Shown: positions 9,287 through 19,353 of the stretch, in pieces
Layout: the number at the start of each line of letters is the position of its first letter
Position numbering within the stretch: position 1 is the first letter of the stretch
NCBI GenBank assembly: GCA_965237955.1
Contig: OZ250169.1
Location: 5,376,001 to 5,440,000 of the forward strand
Direction of reading: 5' to 3'
DNA length: 64,000 nt
Source of the DNA: Candidatus Marinacidobacterales bacterium
GTDB lineage: Bacteria; Acidobacteriota; Vicinamibacteria; Marinacidobacterales; SMYC01
Notes under the pieces: model-generated
Database searches by the model: none
What the model saw: only the letters and a program-made list of their open reading frames with translations
Told to the model about the DNA's origin: nothing
Translations under genes and position numbers: made by a program

Positions 9287-11799
9287 CCCGGTATTTCTTT
9301 CGTGCGCTGAGGGCACAGCTCACAGGCGGTTTTAGCCTTTTTGCGCTGAGCCTGTTCGGTGTGGCTCTCGGCGTGGCGTCCGTGGTCTCGATCCAAATCA
9401 TCAACCTCAACGCGCTGGGTGCGTTCCGCGGCAGCATGCACGCGGTAAGCGGCGATGCCGACCTGAGCCTGTTGGGAAAGATGCCGGTGCTTCCCGAGAG
9501 CGTGTACCCCGAAGTCCTGGCGACGCCCGGCGTCGCAGCCGCGTGGCCGCTCTACCGGATCGACGTCAGGCTCATGGATGACGAGCCGATATTCCTTCAG
9601 GTCATTGGCGTCGACTTCTTCACCCCTATCGACATCCCGTGGGAAGGCGAAGCGGTCGATCTGTCGGACGCGCTAGCTCGAGTGGGATGGGTCGCGGTGA
9701 CGCCAACGCTTGCGCGCGAGCGTGGCTGGGAAGTGGGAGATCGTTTCGAGGTCAGCATCGGTACCCGCAAAGCCGAGCGCGTCATCGGAGCGCTCTCGGA
9801 TTTCCAAAAGGCGACACCGGCCGCGAGCCCGCGTCTCGCGGTGATGGATATCGCCCAGGCACAATCCCTGCTGGGCTCTCGCGGGGAGTTCCATCAGATC
9901 GACGTCAAGCTTCGAGCCGACGTAGATCGTCACCTCGTCGTTGCCGCGTTGGAGCGGAAGCTGGGGTCGAAGGCATTGGTCCTGACACCGGAGCAGCGTG
10001 AGCAGCAGGCGGCGGATCTACTGAGCGCGTTCCGGCTCAACTTGACGGCGTTGAGCCTCATCAGCTTGTTCGTCGGGGGCTTTCTCGTTTACAGCAGCAC
10101 CCAGGCAGCGCTCGTGCGGAGGCGTACCGAGTTTGGGCTGTTGCGATCGCTCGGCGCCACGCACCGGCAAGTCTTCGGTCTCCTTGTAGGTGACGTCGCG
10201 CTTCTCGGCTTCACCGGCGTCGCGGTGGGCATGCCCCTTGGGTATCTGGTCGCGCGTGCGAACATCGATCGCGTCAGTGCGACAGTGTCGAACCTGTACC
10301 TGCTCGAAGAGATTCACCAACTCGTCGTGCCGCCGTGGTTTTTCATCCTCGGCGCCGCCGTTGGACTCTTGGGTGCCGGGCTCGGCGCTCTCATGCCGGC
10401 ACTCGAGCTCGGTCGTCGCGACACGCGATCGCTTCTCGCTGCGTTCTCGCTCCACGAGCGTGTGGGCGAGAATGCACCGCGACTTTTCGTCGCCGGCGTC
10501 GTGTGCGTGCTTGCGGTGGTCGCTGTCTACCTCATCGCGGGCGACAGGTGGCGTCCCGCGGGTTTTCTCCAAGCGTTCCTTTTGATCGTGAGTATCCCGT
10601 TACTGGCGCCGCTCCTCGTTCAGATGGCGACCGCACACGTACGCGTCGAGTCTTTCGGTTTCATCTATGGCGTCAAGGGACTCGGAAAACAGCTCCAGAC
10701 GACTCCAGTCGCGGTCGCCGCGCTCGCAATCGCGGTGAGCATGGTCACAGGCGTCACCACGATGGTATCGAGCTTTCGCGAGACCCTCGATATCTGGATC
10801 GACAGCACCGTCCGCGCCGATATCTATGTCTCGACTCCGTCGGGACGCCGATCGGGATCGAACGCGGCCATCGATGACGACGTTCTCGAGAGGCTGAGGC
10901 GCGAGGCGGCGGTCACGCATGTGGACCGGATGCGTCAGTTTTTTGCGCATACCAACGGGCGACGGTTCTCTCTCGCAGGCGTCGATTCGAGCGTGCCTCG
11001 TGACCGCGCCCGGTTCGCGCTTCTAGAAGGCGAGGGCGAGATGAATGAGCTTCCCCGGAGCTCGGTTCTGGTCGGTGAGCCGCTTGCACGTAAAGAGGGC
11101 TTGCACGTGGGCGACGATCTCGTCGTGGACGGACCCGAAGGTCCGGTGCGGCTTCCCATCGCCGGTATCTACTACGACTACAGTGGCGAGCTCGGTTCGG
11201 CGTTCATGCATCTGGACACGATGGCGGAGCACTTCGGAGAGGGACCGGTCAACAACATCGCCTTATACATCACACCCGAATCGGATGCGGAGAGAGTCGT
11301 CGACGAGCTCAAGAGTCATTTCGCCGGCACCCCGATCAACTTTCGCAGCAACCGCGGCTTGCGAGAGCGAGCGATGCGGGTCTTCGACCAGACGTTCGCG
11401 ATTACCCGCCTGCTGCGCTACATGAGCCTTCTCATCGCAGTCTGCGGGGTGGCACTGACGCTCATCGTGCTCGCGCGAGAGCGCTCGGCAGCGCTGGCGC
11501 TTTATCGAGCGCTCGGGGCGTCGCGGCTCCAGATTTTTCGCGTCTACCTCGGCAAAGGTCTCGGCATGGGCATTTTCGGCATCGCGCTCGGCTCCATCGC
11601 CGGCGTCGCGTTCTCGTTCATTCTCATTTTCGTCGTCAACCGGGCCTTTTTCGGTTGGACGATTGCCGTTCATTGGCCGGTCGGATTGCTGGCGTGGCAA
11701 AGTGGCCTCGTTTTGATGGCCTCTGCGGCCGCGAGTTTGTATCCCGCGATGGTTGCCAGCAGGACGCCGGCGACGGAGCTACGACGGGAGGACTTGTAG
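9283..11799 (+). CDS. ABC transporter permease, duplicated MacB/FtsX type (AttF/G-like)
   Basis: GVALGVA TM1, AFRLNLTALS, twice-repeated R..E...LR(S/A)LGA, VNRAFFGWT; GTGA overlap with the ATPase. Confidence 0.88.
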   Translation: MTRYFFRALRAQLTGGFSLFALSLFGVALGVASVVSIQIINLNALGAFRGSMHAVSGDADLSLLGKMPVLPESVYPEVLATPGVAAAWPLYRIDVRLMDDEPIFLQVIGVDFFTPIDIPWEGEAVDLSDALARVGWVAVTPTLARERGWEVGDRFEVSIGTRKAERVIGALSDFQKATPAASPRLAVMDIAQAQSLLGSRGEFHQIDVKLRADVDRHLVVAALERKLGSKALVLTPEQREQQAADLLSAFRLNLTALSLISLFVGGFLVYSSTQAALVRRRTEFGLLRSLGATHRQVFGLLVGDVALLGFTGVAVGMPLGYLVARANIDRVSATVSNLYLLEEIHQLVVPPWFFILGAAVGLLGAGLGALMPALELGRRDTRSLLAAFSLHERVGENAPRLFVAGVVCVLAVVAVYLIAGDRWRPAGFLQAFLLIVSIPLLAPLLVQMATAHVRVESFGFIYGVKGLGKQLQTTPVAVAALAIAVSMVTGVTTMVSSFRETLDIWIDSTVRADIYVSTPSGRRSGSNAAIDDDVLERLRREAAVTHVDRMRQFFAHTNGRRFSLAGVDSSVPRDRARFALLEGEGEMNELPRSSVLVGEPLARKEGLHVGDDLVVDGPEGPVRLPIAGIYYDYSGELGSAFMHLDTMAEHFGEGPVNNIALYITPESDAERVVDELKSHFAGTPINFRSNRGLRERAMRVFDQTFAITRLLRYMSLLIAVCGVALTLIVLARERSAALALYRALGASRLQIFRVYLGKGLGMGIFGIALGSIAGVAFSFILIFVVNRAFFGWTIAVHWPVGLLAWQSGLVLMASAAASLYPAMVASRTPATELRREDL

Positions 11800-11800
11800 C

Positions 11801-12901
11801 GTGGTGCGAGTTGCTTTGTTCCTGTTCCTGACGATCGCGGCGACCGAGTGGAAAGTCGCTGTTCCGGATTATCAATGGGCGTTTCCTCGAGACCACTGGG
11901 CCCATGACGGCTACCGCACCGAGTGGTGGTATTTCACTGGCCAGCTCGAAGCAGAGGACGCGAGCCGGCGCTTCGGTTATCAGTTTACGTTCTTTCGCAT
12001 CGGCGTTTTGGACGAGCGTCCCGAGCTCGACTCCGACTGGACGTCGACGAGCGTCATCATGGGCCATGCCGCGATGACCGATCTCGCGTCGGGCGAGCAC
12101 GTGTTTGCCGAAGTGTTCTATCGGGAGACGCCGCTCCTCGCCCAGTTCAGTTCGTTCAGCGCGTACCCGGAGCCGCGCATCGGATGGTCGCGTGGTCCGG
12201 CCGGCACTGGCGATCTATGGACGCTCGATTGGAACGGGAATGGCTTCGACGTCTCCGCTCGCGACGTGCAGCAAGGGATGGGTTTTCGACTCGAGACCAC
12301 GGCCACGAAGCCTCTCGTGTTCCAAGGCCCCGATGGCTTCAGCCGCAAAGGCGACGAGTCGGGTGCCGCGAGTCAGTACTACAGCTTGACGCGTCTTTCG
12401 ACGAGCGGGGAGGTCGAGCTCGGCGGTGAGCGTTTTCGGGTTACCGGCGAGAGCTGGATGGACAAGGAGTTCAGCTCGTCGCACCTTGCCGAGAATCAAA
12501 TCGGATGGGATTGGTTCAGCCTCCAGCTCGACGACGGCCTGGATCTGATGCTCTATCGCATGCGGGAGGCTGACGGCACCGTTGACTATGCGAGCGGCAC
12601 TCTCATCGATGCCGAGGGTGTAGCCGTGTACCTGACGATGCATGATTTCGACGTCGACGTTTTGGAGCATTGGACGAGCCCGGAGACGGGCGCGCGTTAT
12701 CCATCGCGTTGGCGGATTCGACTACACGAGGCGGAGCTCGAGCTCGAGGTTCGCGGCCTTGCGGCCGACCAGGAGAACCGAAGTCGTCTGCCAGGTGGCG
12801 TGTACTATTGGGAGGGCGCGGTGGAAGTGTCTGGCGGAGCAGGGGGCCGCGGTTTCGTCGAGCTCGCCGGCTACGGCGAGGGCAACCGACCGCCGGTTTG
12901 A
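11801..12901 (+). CDS. AttH/CrtC-like lipocalin-fold secreted protein
   Basis: FPRDHWAHDGYRTEWWYFTG, WMDKEFSS, GWDWFSLQL, YWEGAV, GFVELAGY. Confidence 0.88.
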   Translation: MVRVALFLFLTIAATEWKVAVPDYQWAFPRDHWAHDGYRTEWWYFTGQLEAEDASRRFGYQFTFFRIGVLDERPELDSDWTSTSVIMGHAAMTDLASGEHVFAEVFYRETPLLAQFSSFSAYPEPRIGWSRGPAGTGDLWTLDWNGNGFDVSARDVQQGMGFRLETTATKPLVFQGPDGFSRKGDESGAASQYYSLTRLSTSGEVELGGERFRVTGESWMDKEFSSSHLAENQIGWDWFSLQLDDGLDLMLYRMREADGTVDYASGTLIDAEGVAVYLTMHDFDVDVLEHWTSPETGARYPSRWRIRLHEAELELEVRGLAADQENRSRLPGGVYYWEGAVEVSGGAGGRGFVELAGYGEGNRPPV

Positions 12902-12980
12902 GGGATGCTGAGTTAGACAGGGAAAAGGATGCGGTGGTAGACTCGCGCCACAATTTTCTGAAGCTTACCTAGGAGGGGAA

Positions 12981-13760
12981 ATGGATGGAATTGAAGCAAT
13001 CTTCCGATGGATGCACATCTTCGTCGGCATTCTATGGATCGGACACCTCTACTACTTCAACTTTGTCAACGGGCAAATGGTCGCGAAACTCGATGCCGCT
13101 GCCAAAAAACAAGTCGTTCCCGAGCTCATGCCGAGAGCGCTCTACTGGTTCCGCTGGGGCGCAGCGTGGACCTGGATCACCGGCGTTTTACTCCTCATCA
13201 TGGTCTACTACGCCTACGTCCCCGAGATGCTGTCCCCCGATGGCTGGTCAGTCAACGTCATCATCATGGTTGCCGTGACGTTTCTAGGCGTTTTCGTCTA
13301 CGACGCCCTCTGGAACAGCGGACTCAAATCCAACTTGCGCGCCGCCGTCATCGTCACCTTCGCCCTGCTGGCAGTGGTGGTAGCGGGGTTCGTCTACTAC
13401 GGCCACTTCCACTACCGCGCCGTCCTGATTCACACCGGTGCTTTGTTCGGAAGCGCGATGGCGTTCAACGTCTGGTTCCGCATCTGGCCCGCCCAAAAGC
13501 GGATCATCCGGGCTATCAAAAACGGTGAGAAGCCGGACGCCGCAGATCCTGCACTCGCCGGCCTACGGTCCAAACACAACACCTACATGTCGCTCCCACT
13601 CTTCTGGGCCATGATCGGATATCACACGACGTATTTCTCCGGTGGAAACCTTGGGCTCACGTCGAGCACGTACTGGATCGGCTGGCTGGTGATGATCGCC
13701 CTCAGCTGGCACATCATCTGGCACTGCTACAAAAAGGCCGGCGAAGTGCAAGGCTTCTAA
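12981..13760 (+). CDS. puuD: PuuD-like (urate hydroxylase N-terminal) membrane protein without a cytochrome c domain
   Basis: RWMHIFVGILWIGHLYYFN, WFRWGAAWTW, FNVWFRIWPAQKR, RSKHNTYMSLP; strong AGGAGG RBS; no CXXCH. Confidence 0.8.
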   Translation: MDGIEAIFRWMHIFVGILWIGHLYYFNFVNGQMVAKLDAAAKKQVVPELMPRALYWFRWGAAWTWITGVLLLIMVYYAYVPEMLSPDGWSVNVIIMVAVTFLGVFVYDALWNSGLKSNLRAAVIVTFALLAVVVAGFVYYGHFHYRAVLIHTGALFGSAMAFNVWFRIWPAQKRIIRAIKNGEKPDAADPALAGLRSKHNTYMSLPLFWAMIGYHTTYFSGGNLGLTSSTYWIGWLVMIALSWHIIWHCYKKAGEVQGF

Positions 13761-14666
13761 GAAAAAACAAACGCAAAGCCGCGAAGGCGCAAAGACGCAA
13801 AGGAAGAGGGAGTCGGCGCCGAAGCCGCCCACTTTGTGCCTTCGCGACTCTGGGCCTTTGCGTCGAGATCTTTTTTCGTCGCAGCGGCGGGCGGTGAGGG
13901 GTCGACGCCCGTCACGCGAGCTTCGACACTTCCGCAAACGCCGAGTTGCGTTCAGCGCCTGTTTCAGCTCATCGTCGGTCAAGTCGCCGGCACCGTGCAT
14001 CCAGTTCAGGATTCGATCGCGCCTAACGCGAACCGACTTTGGCTGCTCGCACGGGTCGAGCTCGCGTGGGTTCGGGATCATCGCGGCGAGCGTTGCGGCT
14101 TCCGCTGCATCCAGCCATGTGGCTGACTTCCCGAACACATCTCGCGCGGCCGCCTCGGCGCCGTAGACACCGTCGCCCCACTCGATGACGTTCAGGTAGA
14201 TCTCGAGAATCCGGCTCTTCGAGAGCGCCTTCTCGAGACGGTACGTGAGGATGGCTTCTTTGAGCTTGCGCGCATAGGTGCGTTCGGTCGAGAGGTAGAG
14301 GTTTTTCGACAGCTGCTGAGTAATCGTGCTCGCGCCCCGGACGGTCCGACCTTCTTTCCAGTTCCGTTTGAACGCTTCTCTCATTTCGCGGGTGTCGAAG
14401 CCGTCGTGACTGTAGAAAGCGACGTCCTCTCCCATGAGAACGGCTTCGACGAGTCGTGGTGAGATATCCGCGAGCGGAGCCCAAAGTTGAGTGCGCTCCC
14501 CACCACGCGCCGCCATGAGCGCGGTTTCGGAGGGATTCTCCCGAACGAGGTAGTCGACGTCCGGCAGAGTGAGAAGGAGATAGGTGACAAAACCGCCGCC
14601 GAGCAGGACGGGCGCCGCCACGATGAGCGCAATCCACAACACTCTTGGTCGCAAGCGCATCGCCAT
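13563..14666 (-). CDS. mtgA: Monofunctional peptidoglycan transglycosylase; homology ends near 13930 and the ORF reads on through the repeat
   Basis: GT51 motifs EDVAFYSHDGFD, GASTITQQLSKNL, RKLKE, KSRILEIYLNVIEWG; N-terminal TM. Confidence 0.85.
   Translation of the reverse strand: MAMRLRPRVLWIALIVAAPVLLGGGFVTYLLLTLPDVDYLVRENPSETALMAARGGERTQLWAPLADISPRLVEAVLMGEDVAFYSHDGFDTREMREAFKRNWKEGRTVRGASTITQQLSKNLYLSTERTYARKLKEAILTYRLEKALSKSRILEIYLNVIEWGDGVYGAEAAARDVFGKSATWLDAAEAATLAAMIPNPRELDPCEQPKSVRVRRDRILNWMHGAGDLTDDELKQALNATRRLRKCRSSRDGRRPLTARRCDEKRSRRKGPESRRHKVGGFGADSLFLCVFAPSRLCVCFFLEALHFAGLFVAVPDDVPAEGDHHQPADPVRARREPKVSTGEIRRVISDHGPEEWERHVGVVFGP
13771..13863. repeat. Inverted repeat built from 8-mer units (NCGCAAAG-like x4 per arm)
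   Basis: Left arm ACGCAAAG-CCGCGAAG-GCGCAAAG-ACGCAAAG (13771-13802). The reverse complement of the right arm (13832-13863) reads ACGCAAAG-GCCCAGAG-TCGCGAAG-GCACAAAG. Confidence 0.75.
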
Positions 14667-14805
14667 GGCTTGCTTCCACTTTAGTTCGCACGAGGCGCCG
14701 GCTCAACTTTCCTTACCGTTTGGTAAGCCCCACGCGCCAACAAAACTACTTCGCTTCCGCGTCTGAGTACTACAATAGTAAGAAGGCACACAATTTAGAG
14801 GGGAT

Positions 14806-15954
14806 ATGGATTTCGAATACAGCGACGAGCAGGTAGAGCTGCGGCGGGCCGTCCGTGAGTTTGCGGACAAGGAGATCGTGCCCTACGCCTCCGAGTGGGA
14901 CGACAAGGAAGAGTTTCCAGCCGAGGTCGTCAAGCAGCTGGGAGAGCTCGGTTTTCTTGGCGTGATTTTCCCCGAGAAATATGGGGGCGGTGGCATGAGC
15001 TATATCGACTACGCGATCGTCATCGAAGAGCTCGCGCGAGCCGATGCCTCCGTCGGGATTACCGTAGCGGCGCACACGTCCCTGTGCGCGAACCACATCT
15101 ACGAGCAGGGCACCGATGCGCAGCGGGAGAAGTTTCTGAAACCGCTCGCGACTGGCGAGTGGCTCGGTGGATGGAGCCTCACCGAGCCGGGCGCCGGGAG
15201 CGACGCGGGCGGCACGCAGACGACGGCCGAGCTCGACACTGATAACGACGAGTGGGTGATCAATGGCAGCAAGACGTTCACCACGAACGGCTCGAAGTGC
15301 GACGTGGCCGTCGCGATGGCCGTCACCGACAAAGGCAAAGACAAGCGACGCATTTCCGCGTTCATCATTCCCAAAGGAACCCCGGGGTTTCGCCCGGGCA
15401 AGAAAGAGCGCAAGCTCGGTCATCGAGCTTCGGATACGTCGGAGATGATCTTCGAGAACTGTCGTGTTCCGAGCTGTCACCTGTTGGGCGAGCGGGGCGA
15501 AGGTTTCGTGGCTTCGCTGAAAGTTCTCGATGGTGGGCGCATCAGCATTGCTGCGATGTCCGTCGGTATCGCCCAAGCGGCGTTCGACTGCGCCCGAGAC
15601 TACGCGCACGAGCGCAAGCAATTCGGACGCGCCATCGGATCGTTCCAAGCGATTCGTTTCAAGCTCTCGGACATGGCGACTGAGATTGACGCCGCTCGCC
15701 TGCTGTTGCATCGCGCGGCCTTTCTCAAAGACAAGGGCGAGCGCGTGACGAAAGAGTCCGCGATGGCCAAGCTCTACGCGAGCGAAGTCTCGGTTCGTTC
15801 GGCGGAAGAAGCGGTGCAGATCCTCGGGGGCTATGGCTACACGCGCGACTATCCCGCCGAGCGCTACTATCGCGACGCGAAGCTCATGACGATAGGCGAA
15901 GGCACCTCTGAAGTGCAGCGTATGGTCATCGCTCGCCAGTTGCTCTCCGTCTAA
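14806..15954 (+). CDS. Acyl-CoA dehydrogenase (short/branched-chain type)
   Basis: [48 protein letters not shown]. Confidence 0.93.
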   Translation: MDFEYSDEQVELRRAVREFADKEIVPYASEWDDKEEFPAEVVKQLGELGFLGVIFPEKYGGGGMSYIDYAIVIEELARADASVGITVAAHTSLCANHIYEQGTDAQREKFLKPLATGEWLGGWSLTEPGAGSDAGGTQTTAELDTDNDEWVINGSKTFTTNGSKCDVAVAMAVTDKGKDKRRISAFIIPKGTPGFRPGKKERKLGHRASDTSEMIFENCRVPSCHLLGERGEGFVASLKVLDGGRISIAAMSVGIAQAAFDCARDYAHERKQFGRAIGSFQAIRFKLSDMATEIDAARLLLHRAAFLKDKGERVTKESAMAKLYASEVSVRSAEEAVQILGGYGYTRDYPAERYYRDAKLMTIGEGTSEVQRMVIARQLLSV

Positions 15955-15975
15955 GAGCGCCTGTATGCTCTGGGC

Positions 15976-16860
15976 TTGGATCTCCAAAACCTCGTAGAGC
16001 GTCTCAGGAAGGGAGAACCGCGTGCGATCGCGCGCGCTCTCACCCTTGTCGAAAATGCCGAGAACGATAGCTCCGAAGCGCGGGAGCTTTTATCGCTAGT
16101 ATTCGCGGACGAACGCTCCGCCAAGATCGTCGGCCTCACCGGCCCTCCCGGTGTGGGGAAGAGCACCCTCGTCGATGTCCTTGCCAAGCTCGCTCGAGAG
16201 CACGGTCGCGAAGTGGCTGTGCTTGCCGTTGATCCAACGAGCCCGTTCACCGGCGGCGCGCTTTTGGGGGATCGCGCGCGCATGGACTCGGGCACGGCCG
16301 ATCCCAAAGTCTTCATTCGCAGCATGGCCACGCGCGGGCACGTTGGTGGGTTGAGCGCCGCCGTCTTCGAGGCACTCGTCCTGCTCGAAGCCGCAGGAAA
16401 GAACTTCATTTTCGTCGAGACCGTCGGGGCGGGCCAGGACGAAGTCGAGGTCGCGGCCGCGGTCGACGTCACTGTGGTCGTGCTCGCCCCCGGCCTCGGA
16501 GATCAAATTCAGGCGAGCAAGGCCGGCCTCATGGAAATCGCCGACATCCTCGTCGTCAACAAAGCGGATCGCGATGGCGCCGATCTCGTCGCCGAAGAGA
16601 CACGCGCTCACACCGATGGAAAACCGGTCTTCAAGACTGTGGCGCGCGACGGAACGGGGGTCGACGCGCTATTCGCGGAGATCGAGCGAACGAGAGGCGA
16701 GCGGCAGCTCATGGAGGCCTGGCTTCTCAACTGCCTTCAGAGAGTCGTTCGAGAAAGGATTCCCGCCGATGCCTGGACCGACGCGGTCGAGCGTTTGAAA
16801 GCGCGGCAGGTGACGCCGTACGACGCGGCTGCCGAGCTGTTGGAGAGCCTGAGATCATGA
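15976..16860 (+). CDS. meaB: Methylmalonyl-CoA mutase-associated GTPase MeaB
   Basis: GPPGVGKST, AVDPTSPFTGGALLGDR, FIRSMATRG, ETVGAGQ, NKAD. Confidence 0.92.
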   Translation: MDLQNLVERLRKGEPRAIARALTLVENAENDSSEARELLSLVFADERSAKIVGLTGPPGVGKSTLVDVLAKLAREHGREVAVLAVDPTSPFTGGALLGDRARMDSGTADPKVFIRSMATRGHVGGLSAAVFEALVLLEAAGKNFIFVETVGAGQDEVEVAAAVDVTVVVLAPGLGDQIQASKAGLMEIADILVVNKADRDGADLVAEETRAHTDGKPVFKTVARDGTGVDALFAEIERTRGERQLMEAWLLNCLQRVVRERIPADAWTDAVERLKARQVTPYDAAAELLESLRS

Positions 16861-17249
16861 AGATCCATCACGTCGGTATTGCGGTCAAGAGTCTCGATGA
16901 GGCGGCTGGACGTTTCGGCGGGCTACTCGGACTCGAAAAGGGCGAGCGCTACGATCTCCCCGAGCTCGGAGTGTGCGCCCTGTTCATGCCCGTCGGAGAC
17001 AGTAACCTCGAGTTTTTGGAGCCTCTTGGCGAGACGTCGACGGTGGGGAAGTTCATCGACAAAAAGGGCGAGGGCATCCACCATATCTGCTTCGAAGTCG
17101 ACGACATCGACTCGGCCCTGGAAGAGTTCCGAAGTCAGGGCGCCCGCCTCATCGACGAAAAACCCCGTCCCGGCGCGGGTGGCCACCTCGTGGCGTTTGT
17201 CCACCCGAAAGACACCCATGGGGTGCTGGTCGAGCTGAAGCAGCGTTAA
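16857..17249 (+). CDS. mce: Methylmalonyl-CoA epimerase
   Basis: IHHVGIAV, GEGIHHICFEV, AFVHPKDTHGVLVEL; coupled to meaB. Confidence 0.9.
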   Translation: MKIHHVGIAVKSLDEAAGRFGGLLGLEKGERYDLPELGVCALFMPVGDSNLEFLEPLGETSTVGKFIDKKGEGIHHICFEVDDIDSALEEFRSQGARLIDEKPRPGAGGHLVAFVHPKDTHGVLVELKQR

Positions 17250-17273
17250 TTCGTTTGCGCGTAGGAGATAGAA

Positions 17274-18137
17274 ATGGCAGAAGCGAAAATCGGCATCATC
17301 GGAGGAAGCGGCTTGTACGACATGGCTGGGCTAGAAGATGTAGAGCAAGTGGCTCTCGAAACACCGTTCGGGGATCCCTCCGGGAAATACGTTGTCGGAA
17401 AGCTCGCCGGCAAGCCTGTCGCCTTTCTCGCTCGTCACGGGGAAGGACATAAGTTGCTCCCTAGCGAGCTCAACTTCCGCGCTAATATCTTCGGGTTCAA
17501 GCTTCTCGGCGTCGAGCACATCCTCTCGGCGAGCGCGGTGGGCTCGCTGAAAGAAGATATCCACCCGCTCGATGTCCTCATTCCGGACCAGTTCATCGAT
17601 CGCACGCGCGGGCGTATCTCGACGTTCTTCGGAAACGGTATTGCGGTTCACGTCGAGTTCTCCAAGCCGTTTTGCGCGCGGCTGTCGAAACTCATGGTCG
17701 ACGCGGGGAGGAAAATCGACGTGCGCATTCATGAGGGCGGCACCTACGTGTGTATGGAAGGCCCGCAGTTTTCGACGCTCGCCGAATCGGAGCTCTACCG
17801 CTCGTGGGGTGCTCACGTGATCGGGATGACGAACCTTCAGGAGGCCAAGCTCGCGCGCGAGGCCGAGATGAGCTACGCGACGCTCGCGCTCGTGACCGAC
17901 TACGACTGCTGGCACGTCAGCCACGAGTCCGTCACCGTCGCGCAGATTATCGAAAACCTTCAAAAGAACGCCGAGACCGCGCGCCAGATCATCGTGGAGA
18001 CGGTAACCAACCTGGATCTGGACCGACCATCGCCACATGCCAACGCCCTGAAATCCGCGATCATCACCCAACCGGACTACATCGCAGAAAACATAAAGCG
18101 GGACTTAGCCCCGCTGATTGGCAAGTATCTGAAGTAG
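17274..18137 (+). CDS. mtnP: S-methyl-5'-thioadenosine phosphorylase
   Basis: [35 protein letters not shown]. Confidence 0.93.
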   Translation: MAEAKIGIIGGSGLYDMAGLEDVEQVALETPFGDPSGKYVVGKLAGKPVAFLARHGEGHKLLPSELNFRANIFGFKLLGVEHILSASAVGSLKEDIHPLDVLIPDQFIDRTRGRISTFFGNGIAVHVEFSKPFCARLSKLMVDAGRKIDVRIHEGGTYVCMEGPQFSTLAESELYRSWGAHVIGMTNLQEAKLAREAEMSYATLALVTDYDCWHVSHESVTVAQIIENLQKNAETARQIIVETVTNLDLDRPSPHANALKSAIITQPDYIAENIKRDLAPLIGKYLK

Positions 18138-18214
18138 CGCATTGTCGTTCCAAATAACTTTAGCTGATGGCCGACGGCTGGCGGCCGATGGCCGAATCGC
18201 TCGCAGGAGACCAA

Positions 18215-19123
18215 ATGTCGATTCTTGTGGTGGGGTCCGTCGCGTTCGACGACCTCAAAACACCTACTGAGGAAGCCAAAGGCGTCGTCGGAGGTGCTGC
18301 AACCTACTTCGCGCTCTCCGCGTCCCACTTCACCGAAGTGAACATCGTCGCTGTCGTCGGGAACGACTTCACCGAGCGGGAGAAGTCGATCTTCGACGGC
18401 CGCTCCATCGACCTCGCTGGGCTCGAGACGGCCGAGGGCAAGACGTTCCGCTGGGGCGGCGAGTATAGCAAGGACCTCACCGAGCGGACGACCCTGTTCA
18501 CAGAGCTCGGGGTGTTCGAGAGCTTTCAGCCGGTGATTCCGGACCACTACAAGAAATCGAACCTCGTCTTTCTCGCCAACATCCATCCCGACCTGCAAGT
18601 CGACGTGATGCAGCAGGTGCAAAACCCCGGCCTCATCGGCGCCGACACCATGAACTATTGGATTGAGCGGACATCGAACGAGCTCGCCCGCATGCTCGAG
18701 GGCATCGACGTTCTCGTGATCAATGATGAAGAGGCGCGTCAGTTAGCCGGTATCCACAACCTCGTGAAGGCGGCTGCCAAAATCCGGGACATGGGCCCGA
18801 AAACGCTCGTGATCAAACGAGGCGAGTACGGCGTGCTTTGTTTTCGCGAGGGAGAGCGCTTCGCCACGGTGTCCTATCCTCTCGAGACGGTCATCGACCC
18901 AACGGGCGCCGGGGACAGCTTTGCCGGAGGTTTCATGGGATATCTGGCGACCCAGGACGACGTAACTGACCAAGTTGTGCGCCGCGCCATCATCTTCGGG
19001 AGCGTGCTCGGCTCGTTCTGCGTCGAGGACCTGGGGACACGGCGTCTCGAGCAGCTGCGCCGCGATGAAGTTCACGAGCGCTACCAGGCGTTCAAGGATC
19101 TGACGGACTTCGCCTCTTTGTAA
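18215..19123 (+). CDS. PfkB-family sugar/nucleoside kinase
   Basis: VGSVAFD start after an AGGAG RBS; DPTGAGDSFAGGF signature. Confidence 0.9.
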   Translation: MSILVVGSVAFDDLKTPTEEAKGVVGGAATYFALSASHFTEVNIVAVVGNDFTEREKSIFDGRSIDLAGLETAEGKTFRWGGEYSKDLTERTTLFTELGVFESFQPVIPDHYKKSNLVFLANIHPDLQVDVMQQVQNPGLIGADTMNYWIERTSNELARMLEGIDVLVINDEEARQLAGIHNLVKAAAKIRDMGPKTLVIKRGEYGVLCFREGERFATVSYPLETVIDPTGAGDSFAGGFMGYLATQDDVTDQVVRRAIIFGSVLGSFCVEDLGTRRLEQLRRDEVHERYQAFKDLTDFASL

Positions 19124-19189
19124 CTCCTTCGGTTTATATGTTTTGACGCCCATCGACCGGCGTGCTATTTTCGGTGAAATGTAGAGTGG

Positions 19190-19264
19190 TGGTGGGCGAT
19201 GCAGGATTTGAACCTGCGACTTCTACCGTGTGAAGGTAGCACTCTCCCACTGAGTTAATCGCCC
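19190..19264 (-). tRNA. tRNA-Val(CAC)
   Basis: GGGCGATTAACTCAGTGGGAGAGTG CTACC TTCACAC GGTAG AAGTC GCAGG TTCAAAT CCTGC ATCGCCC ACCA: full cloverleaf, anticodon CAC, encoded CCA. Confidence 0.97.
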
Positions 19265-19283
19265 GAAGCGGGTGAAGCCTCAG

Positions 19284-19312
19284 AGTTTACCGAGCCTGAG
19301 GTTATCGGTCAA
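19284..19312 (-). promoter_or_regulatory. sigma70-type promoter for tRNA-Val
   Basis: TTGACC-N17-TAAACT ending 19 nt upstream of the tRNA 5' end. Confidence 0.7.
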
Positions 19313-19353
19313 GAGTTCGACGTCGATGCCGGAGCTTCCCTGATCAGTGACCA

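Noticed and set aside
12914-12943. sigma70 promoter for puuD (TAGACA-N18-TAGACT)
   Set aside because: Plausible, but the match is too weak to assert without TSS data.
19190-19264. tRNA-Val as the integration site of the accessory region
   Set aside because: The tRNA 3' end faces the core pfkB gene, I saw no duplicated 3' fragment, and no integrase is present.
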